Origin: the human T2T-CHM13v2.0 reference genome, Homo sapiens
DNA: 64,000 bases
Reading direction: 5' to 3' (one strand)
Assembly: GCF_009914755.1 (NCBI RefSeq)
Contig: NC_060927.1
The translations under genes were made by a program, and so were the position numbers. Below are positions 32,659 through 48,379 of this stretch, one piece after another; the stretch's first letter is position 1, and each line of letters starts with the position of its first letter. Under the pieces are notes generated by a model. The model made no database searches and was not told the origin of the DNA. It saw nothing but the letters and a program-made list of their open reading frames with translations.

Positions 32659-33456
32659 TATGGGAGATTGCCTCACATACGGGAGTATCAGGTTAATTTT
32701 CATTTTCAAATTTTACATGTCTGTAATAATACCACAACTGCTTGGCTAACTTTGAGAGTAAAACTGATTGGTACACTTAGTCCTGCTTATAGAATAAATG
32801 CATACAGGAATAACATCCCCAACTATTTTAGTATGTCATTTCTAAAACTGGGCTAAACCTCTGGAGAATTCAAGAGGAGCATGGAGATCAGTACACTGGA
32901 AGGCCAAAGGTCTGCTTGGTGGGAAATTATGTACACAAAAAGATGGTTCTTCTTTATTCCCTGAGGCATCTCTAGCACTGCCTCCTCTCTTTCCAAATTT
33001 AACATGCCACAAGGCAAGAGGAGAAGCCAAACAGATTGTAATAGTTTTGTCCAGCCCTAAGTCTTAGATCCTGGAACACCTGTTTAGTAAAGGTAGGATC
33101 TGCAAGCCAAAGCAAGGAATTCTCTTGGGAAGTTAATGTGAATGAAGAGGGAACTTTATGCAAGCTCTCAGAAATGTGAGCACTACTTTTTAAATATTAC
33201 TATCTTACACAGTAAGATGTATAGGTTTCTCAGATAATCTCTAATTATATGATTTCTAAAACATATGCCCTCTTTTTTTTTATTATTATTTGGCTGCTCC
33301 TTGAGAACAGGACTAACTCATAGGCAGTGAGCCCAGAGTAGTGCATATGTCCTTTAAAAAAAAATTTACACTATATGTCTTAGAACCCTCTGAGGAATGT
33401 GACAGTGGTTCTCCAAATTTCTGATTTTAGCAATTAAGCAAATTTCAACATGTATT

Positions 33457-34247
<791 letters not shown>

Positions 34248-34378
34248 TATGTAATCATGCCATTTTATTTCTTGTTTTTAAGAAAACTCACCATTAATTC
34301 TTGCATATGAATATTACAGAAGCCACCCTCTTTCACCCCATCTATTTAGCCCAGCTATTTGCAAGGGAAGTATCTTAC

Positions 34379-34533
34379 ATCTTTGTGGCCTCCAAAAAGA
34401 AGGAGATTTGCCGCTTTATATAAGGCTGCCTCAGGATGCTCCTCACAGACGGCCTTTCTTCAGGCCTTTTGCTCAGCATTGTTCTTATCAGTTCTGCCAG
34501 CTCTGGGCTGTAATCTCTTGGCATTGGTGGCAG
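34379..34533 (-). CDS. NEK4: NEK4 exon 5
   Basis: LPPMPRDYSPEL...FLEATK, 155 nt, end of kinase domain. Confidence 0.96.
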
Positions 34534-34910
34534 CTACAAATAAAAATAATATTGTAATTATGACTAATGGTCTTGTGAAACAAAGTAAAAGCTGGTAGAG
34601 GTTTCCCAATATTTATTTATAGTCATATGTCCACATAAGCAGAAAACAATCAGTATATTAGTCTACAGGAAGTGTACTGGTATCCCAGTTGTAAGATAAC
34701 AAGTTGTAAAATTATAAAAGTATATCCTCCAACCCAGCAGTCCCATCTGATGACACTCTCATTCAGAAATAAGAGTATGAGTTTCCTAAAGACTTATGTA
34801 TCGGGATGTTCAATGCAGTACTGTTCTTGCAGTAGTAAACAATTGGAAACATAAATGTCCCTTAGGGGATTTGTGGAATAAATTATCATGCATTCTTCTT
34901 ATAAAAACTA

Positions 34911-35227
<317 letters not shown>

Positions 35228-35352
35228 CTAGGCAGCAGGTTAAAAAATACAAGACTTGGGCCGGGTGCAGTGGCTCACACCTGTAATCTCAGCACCTTGG
35301 GAGGCCGAGGCGGGTGGATCATGAGGTCAGGAGATGGAGACCATCCTGGCTA

Positions 35353-35640
<288 letters not shown>

Positions 35641-35671
35641 TTAAGAATCTGTGGGTGTGCGCGTGCGCATG

Positions 35672-35713
35672 CACACACACACACATGCACACACACACAC
35701 ACACACACACACA
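35672..35713 (+). repeat. (CA)n microsatellite
   Basis: Direct reading. Confidence 0.9.
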
Positions 35714-35965
35714 GAGTTATGTCTGTATAAAGACAGGAAAAAACCAGAAAGGCCATGTACCAATTTGCTAGCAATGGTCATCTTCCAGGGAATGGGAATA
35801 GAAAGAGAAGAGAATTTCACTCCCTTCTTGTTTGATTCTTAAGTAGTGGCATTATGGGAAAATTTTACTTTTGTGTGTGTTTTTCAATATGCTTCAAATT
35901 GAAAAATTAAATAAGTTGTGGGATAGTATTAAAATCAATAGATGATTTATGGCCTTTAAAACTTA

Positions 35966-36256
<291 letters not shown>

Positions 36257-36793
36257 TCAAAAAAAAAAAAACAAAAAAAAAAACCTTAATGATACATGGA
36301 TGCCTGAATCTATAAAGGGCAACTAGCCTCATGGAACATACAAAGCCAGTCACTCTGGAGTCTATATCAGACACAATGCTTTCTGTGATTCTTAACTAGT
36401 TACTGATTGTTGTGATGATTATCAAAGGAACGACAAGTTCAAACAGAGTAAACTCATTTTAAATGTAGCTCATTGAATCATAGGCTGCTTAGAAGAAGAG
36501 ACAAATAGCCTCTCAGGGCATCGGCACATCCTATGACTATAGGCATAGGTTTTCAAAAAGCCAATTCTTTTGAGCCATTAAGCTGGCTTACAGATTAATA
36601 TTAAGAAATGATCCATCAATCCCTTTTCCTCTAGTCTGACCTTCCCCACAGAAGGGACCCACCATTGTTAACTATCAACCCAATCTCAATAATTACTCAT
36701 TGACTCATCAAAATCATCAATGATTTTGCTAGTAGCTATTTATAAAGCTGCACTATAGAAATACTGGTCAATTAGTTCTAGATTATTCTTTAC

Positions 36794-36901
36794 CTTTCCT
36801 TCAATAATCCGATAAACTAAAGAATTCATATCTTTTGCATTGAAAGCATGCTTCAAGGTGGCCATTTCATAGACACAGCATCCTAGAGCCCAAACATCAG
36901 A
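36794..36901 (-). CDS. NEK4: NEK4 exon 4
   Basis: [13 protein letters not shown]...IIEGK, 108 nt. Confidence 0.97.
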
Positions 36902-37084
36902 CTAGAAAATAAAAACAGTAAACGGTTAAATGTCAGAATAGCTTATTTACATTTTTTTCCCTTTAAAAAAAGAAAACATTTTCCTTAAACCAATTCATAG
37001 ATAATTCTCTGACTTAATTAACTTCTGAAATTACAAGCACTCTCCCAGAGACAAGGTAAGCCAGCATACAGAGCCCAATCCTAC

Positions 37085-37282
37085 CTTATAGTTGTAGGGT
37101 TTGTTTGAGAACAATTCAGGGCTCATGTAGTAGGGTGTGCCAATGAGGGTGCTAGCCATGTCACAGTGGTTCTCTAACACTCGGGCAATTCCTAGGTCCC
37201 CTACTTTGATGATGTTTGTTCTTGTTAGGAAGACATTTTGAGTTTTCAGATCTCGATGAAGGATGTGTTTTTCATGTAAATA
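37085..37282 (-). CDS. NEK4: NEK4 exon 3
   Basis: YLHEKHILHRDLKTQN...GDLGIA...PYNYK, 198 nt. Confidence 0.97.
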
Positions 37283-37611
37283 CTGAGGAAAGAAACAAGA
37301 TTTTATTACATATAAATAGACTTAATTATGTATTTATTCCTGGCTTATTATATACCATCAGCAATGGCATGAGTTAGAGTCTTTGACCGTAAAGAGTAAC
37401 CAACCATACAATTCCTTATTCAACAAGCAAATACCTACCAAACATTATTGCTTTATAATCTCTAAATAAAAGGTCTAATTTACAATTTTTGAAATGAGAA
37501 AATTAAGTTCCATGTGTTGACTTACCCAGTACCCATCAAAACTGTTCCCTGGTAGCTTGACAATTATACCATTTTGGCATTACATGAATCCAGTTTAAAA
37601 ATATGTTTACA

Positions 37612-37912
<301 letters not shown>

Positions 37913-38029
37913 ATATGTTTACAGGCCAGGCGCAGTGTTCAGCAGTTTGGGAGGCCGAGGTGAGCGGATCACTTGAGGCCAGGAGTTCAAGACCAGCCTG
38001 GGCAACATGGCAAAACCCCATCTCTACTA

Positions 38030-38188
<159 letters not shown>

Positions 38189-38323
38189 TTAAAAAAAAAA
38201 CAATGCTTACAAACTCCACTGATGGTAGGACAACTTATACAAAGTCAGACGCACAGTCCTCTCAGACCCATGAAATCCTCAGCTTAATAATATTTTCAAG
38301 TACAGCAAGAGCATTTTTATTTA

Positions 38324-38673
<350 letters not shown>

Positions 38674-39244
38674 TCAATTAATTCTGGACAAGTCTACCCA
38701 GTTCCAAAATAGTATTTCATAAACGTCTCGCTTTTGAGTTATATGCATATTAAAACACAAACTTGTAGGAACACTTATTCCATCTTAAGGAATGATGTGC
38801 TGCCCAATTCTAAAAAATAAAAAAAAGAAAACTTGTTTTGCATTCCCATCTACTGTACCCCAGCAGACTGACAGATGAAATCACTGGGCATATCAATTAG
38901 CCTAGCCACCTTTCAGCATGACACGACTGACCAATGGATAACAAACATAGTCACTCTATGCTCTTGGTTGCCTCAGGGTCCTTAAAATTGACTTTGCTAT
39001 AAATGGTAATTGAGTGGGCTTCCCCTGCAATCAGACATGAAATCTATGTCTATTTTAATATAGGTATCACTTACTTAGAAAAGTTCCAATGCTACAGAAA
39101 GAGTGACTGGGTCAACTTCACAAATGAATTTTCCAAAAAATACATTTCTATATGTAAGTATCTGAAGAAAAATTTTCCTAAAATACACCTGCCATCTTCT
39201 TGCCATCTGGGAACAAGCTAGGATGCTATTAGTCTACACAGTAC

Positions 39245-39511
39245 CTGCAAAGCCATGGCGATCTGTACAAACCACTCTACCACCTGATTCTCAGGCAGAA
39301 GCTGCCCTTTCTGCTCCTTGAGCTTTCGGTACAAATCACCTCCTTCACAGAAGCCCATGACAATGTAGAGCAGACCATCTCCTCCTTCCCATGACTCCTT
39401 GTAGGTGACAATGTTGGGATGCTTCAACTGAGACAAGAGCTGGGCTTCCTGTTCAGCAGCTCGCCGCTCTCGGCTAGAGGCATTTCGGAGGTTCAGTTTT
39501 TTGATGACATA
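39245..39511 (-). CDS. NEK4: NEK4 exon 2
   Basis: YVIKKLNLRN...QIAMALQ, 267 nt, AG/GT flanks. Confidence 0.97.
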
Positions 39512-39917
39512 CTAAAAACAAACCATGTATTTTTACAATGTGCAAATAAACGTAAGATTTGTGGCCTCAGAGTTATCTAAGGGCTCTCAAGAATACCCTC
39601 AAAACCAACCTTGTGGAGCCTGTCAGATAACCTATTCATTTTGTTTTTCACCAAGCACAAAATCGGGGAAAATATTTGCTATTATTGATACTTCTTATAA
39701 GTTAGATTTATAGCAGTGTAGGGCCACAAAAATTACCTTTCCCATCTGCATTTCACAATTTCATTAATGACTAAAAAAAGTGAGTTCAAGATAACATACC
39801 ATTGGATCAATTATAAAACCTGTGTTAGCAATTCCTTAATATCTGGCCATACACAGTGGCTCACACCTGTAATCCCAGCACTTTGGGAGGGTGAGGCGGG
39901 TGGATCACCTGAGGTCA

Positions 39918-40166
<249 letters not shown>

Positions 40167-41439
40167 CTAAGCTCTCCCAAAAAGGTGAATAAAATATAGC
40201 TTGACTATACATTTGCAGACAGAATAGTCTGTGGATTACGTTAGATACTCAAAGGGATCCATGGCCCCATAAGTTTAATAGTCACTGATCTTCAGCATAC
40301 AAAATTATTCACACTTAAAAGAAATCAATAGCCTCTAATACCTAATACATTGCCCTCAATCATTTCAAAGACCATACAATTCATTTCTTCAACACATAGA
40401 TAAATGTGTTTTGTGAAGTGTAAACTAAAGCTCAAATAACTAGCTATTGCTAGTTCCCTATCATCAGCCCCAAAATCCAATGATTCCCCCAATGCCTACT
40501 GAATAAATTTCTTATGCATGAGCTTGTGTTCCACGCAAAGCAACTAGCACCAGAGACAAGGAAGAACAGGCAATTGGGCCCTATATTTAGGGGGAACATC
40601 TCTTCTCAGCTTGCCTGGAGCAGTCCTACTGTCCTGGTGTAACTATTAATAATGCCTTTCAGTTTCAAAATTGTCCCAGTTTGTACATTATATTGTCACC
40701 CTATTAATAAACCACATTGAATAATTGGTTCATTATCCTGAGAGTAATGGGATAAAGTGTTTTAAACAGAGGAGTGACAACATCAGATTTAAATTTGAGA
40801 AAGATCACTGAGGCTGCAGTGAAAGTGATGGATTGGAGAAAAGCAAGTCAAGTGGCGGCGACCAGTTGGGAAACCGTGGCCATAGCTTTGCTAGAGACAA
40901 CAGGGTGTCCTGGATTGGGGTGGTAGCAGTAGAGATGAGAGGAGGCCTATTGTCTTAGTGATAGATGAATATAATCAGTGTTGGGGTGCGTGGGGAGGCT
41001 TAAAAATGACTCCAGGTGTCCGGCTTGGGCAACTGGTGGGTTGGTGTCACTATTCACTGAAACGGAAGACATGAGAGAAGGTTTGGCGGGAAGAAAATGA
41101 GTCGAGTTTTAAGTGAATCCAGCAGTCTACAGTAGAGACGTTTGGGGCCCTTCATTCAAGGAATAATGCTTGCTAGGCGCTGTATTAAGTCCTGGGAATG
41201 CATGATACCGGCTCTCATGAGAGTATCGGGGTTGGGAGAAAGGTGTGTAGATCACGCATGCCAATTAGTACAACAAAGAAGTAGATAGGCAGAGACTGAA
41301 AATTTTTACATAAAACTTAGAATTGTAATTAAAGAAAATGAAAATTAAAAGGAAAAAAATTTAACACAACAAAGAAGTAGAAGTAGTTCTGGGCGCATAT
41401 TACAGGGAGGCCAGGCCTCGTCTTGGTCTGGGACCATTT

Positions 41440-42030
41440 CCCTGAGGAAACGCCATCCGAGATGAGCCTCTTGCGACCACCCCCGACCTAATCTACCGGT
41501 CGGCGCCCTCGGCGCACTTCTGCCCGCCCCCGCCCCTTGCCGGGCCCCACCCCTGCAGACCTGCTTGCCGTCCCGCCGGTGCTTCACAAGCGTCACCTCT
41601 CCATAGCTCCCCTTGCCCACGACCCGCAGGTAGCAGTAGGCGGCCAGGGGCATGTTCCCAGCGCTGGCCCAGAGTCGGGATGCGGCGGCAGCGGCGGGTA
41701 GGGCAGCGGGCGGCAACAAGAAGCTCGGTTCATGCCCGAGAGGGGGCAGTGGGGGCGGCTGTTGAGGCAGCCGGGCCCGGGCGGGATTGCTGGGGCCCGG
41801 CCCGCGACGACGCCGCTGCCATAGCGATCCGGGCCGGGAGCAGTTCTGCGCATGCTCCTGCGTCCCCAAAGGACGGCCATAGAGCGGACGCCACGAGCGG
41901 CCAGAGAGGTTCCGCAGCCCCGGGAGGACCCGCCATAGAGCAGAGGCTCCAGGAGGCCAGAGCGACTCCGCCAGGCTCCGCGCACTTTCTGTGCGTCCGT
42001 TCCACCGTCCGGATCCCCGCCACAACAGAG
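41440..42030 (-). promoter_or_regulatory. NEK4: NEK4 CpG-island promoter / 5' UTR
   Basis: Very GC- and CpG-rich segment around exon 1; NRF1-like TGCGCATGC at 41847; repeated GCCATAG motifs. Confidence 0.85.
41561..41653 (-). CDS. NEK4: NEK4 exon 1 (coding part)
   Basis: MPLAAYCYLRVVGKGSYGEVTLVKHRRDGKQ, Gly-rich loop; donor CAG|GTCTGC. Confidence 0.97.
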
Positions 42031-42317
42031 TCAGGGAAAGCTTCCTCTTTTTGTGCACTTGTTTGTCCTAAGGCCGTTACAAGTATTGTTCGTTCATTCT
42101 GCAAATATTTGTTGACCGCCTATGTGCCAGGCCAACAAAGTCCCTGCCCTCCTGGAGCTCATGTTCTAATGACTGGGTGACAGACTCTCTACCAGTAACA
42201 TTTGCTGTATCCGCTTTATCACATGCCGTCTCTGCATCCAGCAATCCATCCTATTTTTTGATACATTCAAAGTAAATTATCAGTACCTTTCATCCCTAAA
42301 AACTCGCCTGCTAATTG

Positions 42318-42530
42318 AGAACTACAAAGACTCCTCAGCATTTAACGACTACCCTAACCACTGCACTAAGAGACTTGACTAAACTCTAACATGGCATCAT
42401 GCTAAGTTAACAGCCTAAGGGCGGATCTCTAGGTGGGCCTAGGCCCCTTTAAAATGCCTGCCCAAGAAAGCTCAGGGGTGCCAAAAGAATTCACCATTTG
42501 TTCCAGCCAAAGCCTCCCTTTCCCAGAGCG
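42318..42530 (+). mobile_element. Probable ERV1-type LTR fragment upstream of NEK4
   Basis: TTAAAATGCCTGCCCAAGAAAGCTCA...TTTGTTCCAGCCAA resembles MER4-group LTRs (recall only). Confidence 0.4.
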
Positions 42531-43309
42531 CTTCCTTTTTTTCCTTTTTTTTTTTTTTTTTTTTTTTTGAGACAGGGTCTCGCCCTGCCACCCAGCTTGG
42601 AGTGCAGTGGTGCAATGGTGCTCACTGCTGCCTAGACTTCCTGGGCTCAAGCCATCCTCCCAACTACAGGCACACACGTCCATGCCTGGCTAATCCTATT
42701 TTATTTTTTTTCAGAGACAGGGTGTCACTATGTTCCCCAGACCGGTCTTGAACTCCTCGGCTCAAGCAATTCACCCACGTTGGCCTCCCAAAATGCCGTT
42801 ATTACAGGTGTGCGCCATCGTGCCTGGCCTCTTTCCTTTTTATGGCCAAATAATATTCCATTATATGTATACACCACAATTTGTTTATCCATTCATGCAG
42901 TCATGGACACGGATAGCTTCCATCTTTTGGCTATTGTGAATAATTCGGCTATGAACATGGGTGTACGAATATCTGTTTGAGTCCCTGCTTTCTTTTTAAT
43001 TCATTTGGGTATACACTCAGAAGTGAAATTGCTGGATCATATGCTAATTCTAGTTTAATGTATTGAGAAACCACCACACCATTTTTTACAGCAAGCTGAA
43101 CCATTTTACATTCCCATTAGCAATCCACAGGGGTTCAAATTTCTCCTCATCCTTGATATATATCTTGATAGGAGATTTGGGTGTATGAATTTGTCAAAAT
43201 TATCTAATGGTACATTTAGTATTTGCACATTTTACTCAAAGCAATTTCATCTTCACTAGAAAACCAAACAAAAAGAACCATAAATAAAGATTGAACTCTA
43301 GTTAATGAT

Positions 43310-43750
43310 ATTATTAAAGATAAACAAAGCCAGGCATTAAAATGATGAAAATAGATTTTATTCAGTAACTACTGACAGTAGGGGAAGCAGCTGAACTCCA
43401 TTCCATTTGCGCAGGGGTGATTGGGCATTCCAAAGGAAGAATAAGGGAGTAGGCAGGGGAGCATGCAGGGGCTCACTTAGAGTCTGGGAAGTGAAAAATT
43501 AAAAGGAGTGCTTAGCGTAAATGTGATTAGGCCAACTGTGTCTGCTAGCTGGCAATTAGGGAAGTTAGGATTCTATTCTCCCACATAGACTGGGAGACAT
43601 GAGCCCTACCTTTATGATGATTACATTCCAAAGGAATGGATTTCAGGTCCTTGAGAAAGACATTCCTAGGTTGTAGGAAATACATAGGTATATATCTCAG
43701 AGGGACAGAGGAAGGATTTGTAATTGTAGCTTTTTAAAGTTAGTGCTCTA
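43310..43750 (-). mobile_element. Probable ERV1 LTR (MER67/MER31-like)
   Basis: Reverse AATAAA near the end and GGTCCTTGAGAAAGACATTCCT motif. Confidence 0.45.
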
Positions 43751-46700
43751 GAGGCCACACACTATGACTCACACCTAATCCCAGCACTTTGAGAGGCCAA
43801 GGTGGGAGGATCACTTGAGACCAGCCTACGAAACACAGTGAGACCCCCTTCTCTACAAAAAATTTTTAAAATTAGCTGGGTGTGGTGGCGCATGCCTGTA
43901 GTCCCAGCTACCTGGGAGGCTGAGGTGGGAGAATCAGTTGAGCCTCGGAGGTTGAGGCTGCAGTGAGCCATGATCCTGCCACTGCACTCCAGCTGAGTGA
44001 CAGAGTGAGACTCTGTCTCAAAATAAATAAATTTTTAAAAAGGAAGGATGTTCTGACATGCTACAACATGGACGACCCCTGAGGACATTATGCTAAACAA
44101 AATAAGGCAGTCACAGAGGACAAAAGTATGATTTCGCTTATGTGAGGTACCTGTAGTAGTCAAAGTCATAGATTCAGAAAGTAGAATGGTGGTTGCCAGT
44201 TGTTGGAGAGAGGAGGGAATTGGTGGTTGGTGTTTAATGGGTGCAGAGTTTTAGCTGGGGAAAATGAAAAAGTCCTGGAGATGGATGGTGGTGATGGATG
44301 CAAAACATGAATGTACTTATGCCACCGAACTGTATTCTTAAAAATGGTTAAATAATAAATTTTATGTTTTGTATATTTTACCACAATAAAAAATTATGGC
44401 ACACTGCTCCTGTAATCCCAGCTACTCAGGAGGCCGAGGCATGAGAATCACGTGAACCCGGGAGGCGGAGATTGCATTGGGCCAAGATCATGTCACTGCA
44501 CTCCAGCCTGGGCGACAGAGCAATACTCCTTCTAAAAAAAAAAAAAAAAAAAAAAACCTATCATTCATTCTACAGACATTTAGCAAGGGTCTACTAGCCT
44601 GGACCTGGAGGACAACTATGAACAAGACAGACAAGGGCCTGCCCATGTGGGGCTTACTGTCGAAGAGGGAGACGGCCATGCATACTAACAAGCTACCCTT
44701 GCCAACTGAGGTCAGTACTGTTCAGAAAAGCCGCCAGGCCCAGCCTGGCCATCCAGGAGAGGTTGCCCCAAGCAAGCACCGCATGAGTGGAAGTTTAAAC
44801 AAAAACTTTTTCAGGCAGAGGAGCAACATGTGCTAAGATCCAGTGGATTCATTTTGTGACTTTACCTCCACACCGCAATGTGAACTCCCTGAGGACGAGG
44901 CCAGGCCTGTCTGCTTCAACACCCTAAACCCAGCAGGTATAAATGAAGGAATTGCCGCTTGCTGAATGAATGAATGGAGAAGCACCTGCCTACCTGGATC
45001 TAAAAGAAGTCTCTGCAGTTGAAGCTGAGAGACTCAGAGGGGCCATGGGCTAGGTGACATAGAGGGGTCAGCAGGGGCCATACCACTCAGGATAGGGTGT
45101 GCGAGACAGGGAAAGGCCTGCGGCAGACTGACCTTTCTAAATGGTGACTCTGGCTGCTGCCTGGAGCAGAGCAGAAGGAGGAGATGAGCCGTCTAAATGA
45201 GGGATGAGGGCAGCTTGAACTAGGTGGTGACGGGGGATGGGGAGAGAAGTTAATGGATTAGAGGGATATTCAGAGGGTGGGAGGTGGGGTAGGTGGTCAA
45301 GGAGACTGAGGCACCCAGGATGCCACCCAGCCTTCTGGCTTGGATGGCCAACTAGATGGCGGTGGCCTTGACTGGAGTGGACAACAGGGGGAAGATCTGG
45401 CTTAGTAACGGGGTGTGGGGAGGAGGAGACAAAGGTCAGGAGTTCAGTTTGGACATACCAGATGGAGGGGCTGTGGGCACATCAAGCAGACAGTTGGCTG
45501 TGTGTGGGTGGCGCTCAGAGCAGGTCTGGGCCCATGTGCTGTCCCACCGGCACCAGCAGCACAGCTACACTCCCCATTCTCAATCCTCAGCAACCATAGC
45601 TGCTTTCTGTCCACCCTGGCCCCCACCTCCCACATGCATATGGTGGGCCAACGTCTCTTTCTCTGTACCATGAGGATAATAGTAACAATAATATCTGTCT
45701 CTTGTGGGGAGTTGTGAGCAGTAAATGAATTCGGACGTGATGCTAAGAAGCATGACAGGCACAGGTCATAGTTAGCTCTCCCCATCTCCTGTCCACCCTC
45801 CCCCTGTGCAAACATGCTTCTAGCACTTTACATGGACCAGGCTTGGTGCTAGCCATCTCTCAACAGCCCAGTCTTGAACTCATCACACCCTTGCTTAAAA
45901 TATCTTAAGTATCTCCCACCCAAAAGGCTAATCACTTTCAGACCCCTGCGCCAGCTGGTCCCAACCCCCTTCCCAGCCACCTTCCCTACCCTCTTCATCA
46001 GCTCCTGCTCCCATCCCAGACACCTCTACCTTCCCACAGCATACATCCCACCTGCCCGTCTGCTTTTCTCTCCCTCCCTTCCCGCCTTCCCCTTCCCAAG
46101 CACTGCTCTTTTTTCCAGGCACCTCATCCAGGAACCTTCTCCTAATCCCTGCAGGAGATGAGCCTCTGCCCCTCCAAATTTCTATCTCTTCAGCTTCTCA
46201 TCACTCCTTGGGATTCAGTGGGCTCCCTTTGACTTGTCTGATTCCCTTTTCCCCTGACATCAGCTCACTGAACACAGCAGGGCACTCAGGTTTCTGTATG
46301 GTGGCCTCTCAGTGCCTGGCATTGTGCCCAACACACTGCAGGGCTTGGTCGATACTGGTGCAGGAAATAAGCAGAACTTCAAATGTACACTGTCATGTCG
46401 ATCCAGCTTCTCTTCTACAAAGGCCAGAAGACAGGCCAGAAGGTGACCGTGGCCTAAGGACAATAAACTCTTCCCAGAAGCTGCTCTGTGAGACAAAGTC
46501 CAGGACAAGCAAACAGAGATCAGTGAGGGCTCTGGGCCCCCTCCTCTTATCAGGGTCACAGCAGCCAGCACATCCCAACCCAGGTCACAGACTAGACTGG
46601 CCAGGGGCCCTGTCTGCCCAGTATGCTGTGGTTTTTGGGGAACAGGGTGGGTTTGGCAATAAAAAAATAAGAAACTGCAGGTGCAAGATGGGTCTCTGGG

Positions 46701-47107
46701 AACTCCTGTCTCTAGGATCTTCAAGTCTGCTTCTCTGTCATTACATGATGGCCTTGGGCTTTAGAGCCTGAGAGACCTGGTTTGAATCCCTGTTCTGTCT
46801 CTTGGTATGGGGCCAGTGTCCCAGGAACGTTGCGAGGATAAAATTAGACAATAAAGGGTTTAGAGGAATGCATGACACAAATGAGTCCTCGATTATGAAA
46901 ACATGTCATTCATCTTCAGCTCCCCTTTATCTGCCAGGCCTCCCTGCCCAGGTGCAGGAACGAGGAAGCTCACTTCTGTTCTTTCTAGAACTGGGTAAGA
47001 ACCTCAGAGAGGTGAAGCAACTGGCCTAAAGCGCAGATCTCCCATCATGCCTCACCCCGACCGTCCAGACTGTCTCTGACAGAGCTAATACCAGGTTAGC
47101 ACTGTGA

Positions 47108-47560
<453 letters not shown>

Positions 47561-47907
47561 TGATCTGCCTCCCTCAGCCTCCCAAAGTGCTGAGATTACA
47601 GGCATGAGCCACCTCGCCCGACTGAAACCCTGTTTCAACAAAAAATAAAAATAATCAGCTGGGTGTGGTGCCACATTCCTGTGGTTCCAGGTACTCAGAA
47701 GGCTGAGGTGGGAAGATCAGTTGAGTCTGGGAGGTCGAGGCTGCAGTGAGCCAAGATCGCACCACTGTATTCCACCTGTGCGATAGAGGGAGACCCTGTC
47801 TTAAAAAAAAAAAAAAAAAAAAAAGAAATTTGAAAGTAAAGCCTGGCCGGGCCCAGTGGCTCACTCCTGTAATCCCAGCACTTTGGGAGGCTGAGGCGGG
47901 CAGATCA

Positions 47908-48099
<192 letters not shown>

Positions 48100-48379
48100 T
48101 CAAGACCAAAACTCCATCTCAAAAAAAAAAAAGTAAAGCCTAATGAAGTTTAGAAATCCATTTTTAACTGTTGCTTCTTGCCACATGTCACCGTGTCACT
48201 GGTGCTGCCTTGTGCCAGCCCGAGGATGAGATGAGCCATCCGGGGATCCTCACAGTTCACATAGGCTAAGCGCAGTTCTACACAGAGGGACATGGTCTGG
48301 AGCCCCATCAGTAGTTTAACCACCCAGAGCTGGGAACCCCCCTGAGGCAAAAAGCTTCCACTGCCAAATTTTGATTCCT

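Noticed and set aside
32842-33180. Possible decayed exon downstream of the exon 6 duplicate
   Set aside because: No convincing similarity to exon 7 by eye and no clear splice-site pair.
41345-42180. Long overlapping ORFs at the NEK4 5' end, including a possible N-terminal extension
   Set aside because: GC-rich CpG island lacking stops; the extension has no in-frame ATG and probably begins upstream of the TSS.
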